Shown here piece after piece: positions 59,971 through 64,000 of a stretch of DNA of 64,000 nt (positions are counted from its first letter, which is position 1; each line of letters opens with the position of its first letter). The notes beneath the pieces were generated by a model that was given only the letters and a program-made list of their open reading frames with translations, was not told where the DNA came from and made no database searches. Location of the stretch: contig MU004181.1 of NCBI GenBank assembly GCA_010093605.1, positions 2,480,001 through 2,544,000 of the forward strand, in the 5' to 3' direction. Position numbers and translations under genes: made by a program. This DNA comes from Lophium mytilinum. Taxonomy: Eukaryota.

Positions 59971-60927
59971 TTATATCCAACCAAGGGAATTCGTAGACTT
60001 AACTGGGCGGGAGATTTGGGATTTGCTTACGCGCCGTCCAAAACCTGGTCGGGACGTAGTCCCCGCATCTTGGGCTACCGGAGGAGAGTTCAAGCTGACA
60101 TCAACAAACTCTCCCGTGGAGAAAGGGACGGTAGCAGGGACGGAATTGTTTCTCGGTACCTCAAACGTTGCGCCAGAATCCTGCGTCCGCATCTCTTCGT
60201 CATTCCGGGCCGCTTGTCGCTCCCCCCTTCGCTTTTTGAAGAGCTTAAAGGGGAATGCAAGAGCGATAACATCCCAGTGATCGCTTCCGAGGAACCAGCG
60301 TTTTGCCGCATCACCCCTCTCGCTCGGTGTAGATTGGCGTACCGCGCGATACACTCTTAGTACGAAAGAAAAGAGCCAAATAAGGAACAAAAAGCCAATA
60401 GTTAGACCAGCCGCCACTCCCAGATCAACGTGATGATGAGCTTGCGTTGACTGGGGAAGTGTACCGTTTCCCATTGTGATATTGGCAGGCGGCGGAGGCG
60501 GCTGAACGATCGTAGTTGGCTGTGGTCGGCTGGTCAAGCTCACCCCGAGCGACTTACTACTATACCCGATCGGCTGAGTAGTATTGCTAGGAGGGTAGGG
60601 CGCGAGGAAGGCAGGCCCCGTCGAGCTCGCCACCGGAGAAGTCAAGGATCCTGGTACATTGGTTGTAGAAAGTACCCTGGATGATGATGGCTTCGGCGGA
60701 ACTACCACCGTTTGGGTGACCGTCACAATAACGTAGTTTCTACCACTCGTCGAAGAGCTAGGGTCTGAGATGTTGAGCGCTGCCGTATCAGTATGTTTTG
60801 CAGCAGAGTCTGAGCCATCGAAACGAGTGATTGTGGGAATCATTTTCGAGGTGACGCTTAGCGACAGTCCCGGACTTTGGCTCGTTGGTGTAGCTTGGGT
60901 CAACGAGGCTGTCAACAACATGTTCAT
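59971..60927 (-). CDS. Orphan membrane protein with Ser/Thr-rich ectodomain, tandem family member C
   Basis: Intronless (ORF open up to 61185); mucin-like S/T stretch, NITMGNGT, TM helix, then AKRWFLGSDHWDVIALAFPFKLFKKRR. Confidence 0.6.
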   Translation of the reverse strand: MNMLLTASLTQATPTSQSPGLSLSVTSKMIPTITRFDGSDSAAKHTDTAALNISDPSSSTSGRNYVIVTVTQTVVVPPKPSSSRVLSTTNVPGSLTSPVASSTGPAFLAPYPPSNTTQPIGYSSKSLGVSLTSRPQPTTIVQPPPPPANITMGNGTLPQSTQAHHHVDLGVAAGLTIGFLFLIWLFSFVLRVYRAVRQSTPSERGDAAKRWFLGSDHWDVIALAFPFKLFKKRRGERQAARNDEEMRTQDSGATFEVPRNNSVPATVPFSTGEFVDVSLNSPPVAQDAGTTSRPGFGRRVSKSQISRPVKSTNSLGWI

Positions 60928-61542
60928 TTTGAAGGATCTTGGTGTTTCAGAGGCTGAGAGTATCCTCACCGGATGAAAGAAGTTGCTTGAAGTGCCGATG
61001 GTTTCTGGAATTATCTGGAGCAGGCAACGAGGATACTGAAGAAAGAGGTTGTCCCGCACGGAACGCACCGCTGTTATATACCTTAGACTCAACAACACCC
61101 ATTGTGAAGTCATTGTATTCTTTAGTCCCTCAACCTTCTTGCTTGCAGTGCTTACAATTTCTGCAGATAGATATGTACATGGCAACGCAAGTCAGTGTCG
61201 AACATCGTCAATGCTACTGCTAAGTTGACGGAGGCCACCGCGTGAACCGTAGCAAGCAAGAAGAGACCAGAAAAGCTCAACCATTCCCACATAAGCGTGT
61301 ATTCTGGAAACCTATCTGTGATCTGTAGCGCCTCCACGGAGCATGACATCTGGAGCGGATTATAGATGAGCTACCCCACAGCAATCCGGCGTGAGTACGA
61401 GGCTTGTAGAGAATTTCGGATTGGAAGCTTGGGAACCTGGACCTTGCGACATGTAAGCCTTACTAAATTCAGATGTAATAAATTTTATTGTGAACCGAGA
61501 GGAAGAGCACGTAGTCAATTCACCTTTACCGCGAGCCATGAG

Positions 61543-62211
61543 CTAGACACTGTCGCGGCGTAATGTTTCCTTCCCGCCTCTTCCAAACATCAGCGCTGAA
61601 ACAGTCGCTCTATTCTTCTTCAGCCTTGAAGCTCCAGGTCGTGGAGGTAGCTCTGGCCACTCTGTGCTGGCTGCTGCTGTTATCGGGGCATCCGCTGGCG
61701 CTCTTCTACTTTGGTATGGCCGCAGCGATGAAGGCGGCGGCTTTGGAGGATCGATTGGCTGAAGCCCCATTCCCTCTTCCTCGTCGCCTACGACAAATTT
61801 GGATTCATCATCTTCGTTGGTCTTCGATTCTGAGCTTCGTGATCGTGGATTCCGAAAGTAAGCGCCCAGGTCGTCCATTTCGCGTCCAAGGCCTATCGCA
61901 GCATTTGTCCGAGAGCGACGCGCCTCTGCGTTCAATGCATAGTCCAGATTTGAAGCTGACCATCTGAAGCTTCGGGTTCGTGGGGTTGGTTTTTGTTTCC
62001 GGCCGCAGCAGAGCTTTAGCAACCAGCAGGTCTCGTGGCGCTCACGGTAGAAGCAGAGCAGCCATGTCGTGAGTATGCCAACTGCGACGAGGAAGACGAC
62101 CGTAGAGACGATGACTATAAGAACCAGCTGTGACGGAGGAGCCGCTTGGTCAGTACCCAAGTCGCTTTCCGATCGAGAAGTCAAGGCTGGGCGTCTGGAT
62201 ATAACGGGCAT
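61543..62211 (-). CDS. Orphan single-pass membrane protein
   Basis: Short N-terminus, TM LVLIVIVSTVVFLVAVGILTTWLLCFY, juxtamembrane CWLLKLCCGRK and disordered tail. Confidence 0.55.
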   Translation of the reverse strand: MPVISRRPALTSRSESDLGTDQAAPPSQLVLIVIVSTVVFLVAVGILTTWLLCFYRERHETCWLLKLCCGRKQKPTPRTRSFRWSASNLDYALNAEARRSRTNAAIGLGREMDDLGAYFRNPRSRSSESKTNEDDESKFVVGDEEEGMGLQPIDPPKPPPSSLRPYQSRRAPADAPITAAASTEWPELPPRPGASRLKKNRATVSALMFGRGGKETLRRDSV

Positions 62212-62699
62212 ATTCAGGTATTCAGAGGACGATATCACCGAGAGCTACTTGTTTAGCACTGCTGAAACGAAGGAGTCGCAAATCGACAGCTCTGGATGCC
62301 GTTGTAGTATTGTGTACCTAAGGACCCGTATTCTCGTGTCTGCGATAGACGTATCTGTGAAAGCAGGTCAGAGTTGGAGGCAGATAGAGAGCCATGGGGC
62401 GACTGACTTCTCTTGTAGCAATAAAGAAACGCTTAACAATAGCTTTGTCAAACGGCCGTCTGCGCATTGCGGATGAGAAGACGAGAGCGTGAACAAAGGA
62501 TGGCGGGGTGATGGCGAACGAAGGTCGTCGTCTTTGTGAGGAAGTTGCATGACGGCACGTACGAAGGCCCGTGCACGCACCACGAAGGTGAATTAGATGG
62601 TAAGCGTGCACACCTATAGACGCTATGGCGGTTACGAAAGGCTGTTACACCTCCTACTGAGATTGGAATGCGTCAGGTAGATAGTCAACTATGGATCGA

Positions 62700-64000
62700 C
62701 TACACTAACGCTGAAGCTTGTGGGAGATCGAAGCTTCTCACCACCGCGAGAGCTACCGGAGTCCATTTCATGATAGAATCATGTCCTAACACCTTCACGT
62801 CAGCATTTATAGGCACCATTCGAGCGATACCACTAACCTCCGTGGTATACTATCTCCTTCCTGATGATCCTCTCCCCATCGATCCAACTGTCCACCACCC
62901 CGCCGTCGCCGAGATCAATTGACTCCTTCATTTTGTCTATCTCTGTCCTCGTCACCTTGTGCCCCGAAACTGATTCCACGATTCGATAAAAGAGCTCATT
63001 AGACTGGTGGAAAGGCATTACTATATCTCCCGTGGCATGGACCATGGTCATTCGGATCTTTCTGCTTTTTTGCACCACCTCTGCCAACCTATCTGCACTT
63101 TTCCAAGTGTCTTTCACTCTCCTTCCAAGCCATGCGCTTAACCAGGGCATGAGTTTCAAGGGCGCAAAAACGGGCAACACTCCGCCAACGGAGTAGGATA
63201 GGAAAGCATTCTTGGCGTCGCTAAAGCCGGCGCAGATAACAACGCCGGCAATTTGCGAAGGGGGATCCAAATTGATGGCATACTGGGCGGCGGCACTGGC
63301 AACAGCTGTCCCAAGACTGTGCCCTAGTAATACAATGCGGTCCGCAGGGATATGAGCTTCGTTAAGAGCCCAATCAAGTACGGCGATGGCATCATTGACA
63401 CATCCGGCTTCTGTCGGAGTTCCAGTAGAATGGCCAAAGCCGCGGTAATCAAACGTTAGGATGAAGATCTTATCAGACGCACCAGACGAGAGAACGCGAT
63501 ACTCCTCGGTGCGCCGGCCCTGTCCAATTGTTGCCGTGTTACCGTGGAAATAGATCACGAGTCGCGCTTCCGGATCTTGAGCGAGAAGTTGGAAGGCCAA
63601 TCTTTCTTTCACATCAGCAAAAGGGCCAGCTTTTTCTTTCTGGAAGCTCTCAACATGTCTTGCATAGATCCCCAATGGGGCAATTAGCCAGGCGTAGAGG
63701 CGCTCTCCATCATTCGTTGGGATCCGAAATGGGGCGACTTGACTCTCTATTGCGGTCAGCTGTACTTCTCGTTGATAGTTAAAGTAGCCTACTTAAGAAT
63801 CCAAACGTTTCCGGTCTGTCTAGCTTGAACCCCCACCATATTTTGACCCAGTGCAAGTACAACATCCTTTAGGATAATCAACGTGGAGTCCGGTGAGGTG
63901 ACCATAGTATCTTACTGGCGCTGGAACCATGGGATGCTGCAGAGAAGCATACCCAAGATCCATATCCCACTCACAGCACTTAGACATACTGTGATGCGGT
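62700..64000 (-). CDS. ABHD12-like alpha/beta hydrolase (5' end beyond the window)
   Basis: IPWFQRQMLYLH, PETFGFL, LYAWLIAPLG, LVIYFHGN, FDYRGFGHSTG.PTEAG, GHSLGT, HATGD; last exon GHDSIMKW...LV* ending at 62700. Confidence 0.87.

Noticed and set aside
61543..62211. Fourth member of the tandem membrane-protein family
   Set aside because: Same strand and single-TM layout, but it lacks both the N-x-T/NGT motif and the [WF]P juxtamembrane block, so homology is not supported.
48470..64000. Lipid-metabolism cluster (CLD1-like, SPO7, ABHD12-like)
   Set aside because: Different organelles and pathways, interspersed with unrelated genes; no evidence of co-regulation.
1..64000. Intact transposon, LTR pair, telomeric repeats or CRISPR array
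   Set aside because: No transposase or reverse-transcriptase ORF, long terminal repeats, AT-rich RIP block or spacer-repeat array was seen.

Overview
This is eukaryotic DNA from a filamentous ascomycete (Pezizomycotina-type genes with short GT-AG introns and CTRAY branch points); the species cannot be determined from the sequence. The conserved backbone comprises GLTP/het-c2, GH76, tartrate dehydrogenase, an IMP peptidase, IDH2, SEC5, a BTB protein, tRNA-Arg(CCT), a Pth11-like receptor, a macrodomain protein, a 4CL-like ligase, an F-box-like protein, an ABCC transporter, a VOC protein, a CLD1/ABHD4-like hydrolase, MUP1, SPO7 and an ABHD12-like hydrolase. Three accessory patches interrupt it. 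(1) ~22-29 kb: an intact three-exon, Kex2-type secreted precursor resembling the Css2/Klus killer-toxin family, among a HET N-terminal relic, a decayed DUF7587/ART-like gene and a HET gene with one nonsense codon. (2) ~42.7-48.1 kb: tandem CHORD-like zinc-binding genes with an extra duplicated exon, a frameshifted kinase-DH-PH fusion and a possible DUF3435 (Starship captain) relic. (3) ~57.6-62.2 kb: a head-to-tail array of intronless orphan membrane proteins, three sharing an NITMxNGT-like/TM/'W-F-P' signature. All family assignments come from recognising motifs by eye; no database searches were run.
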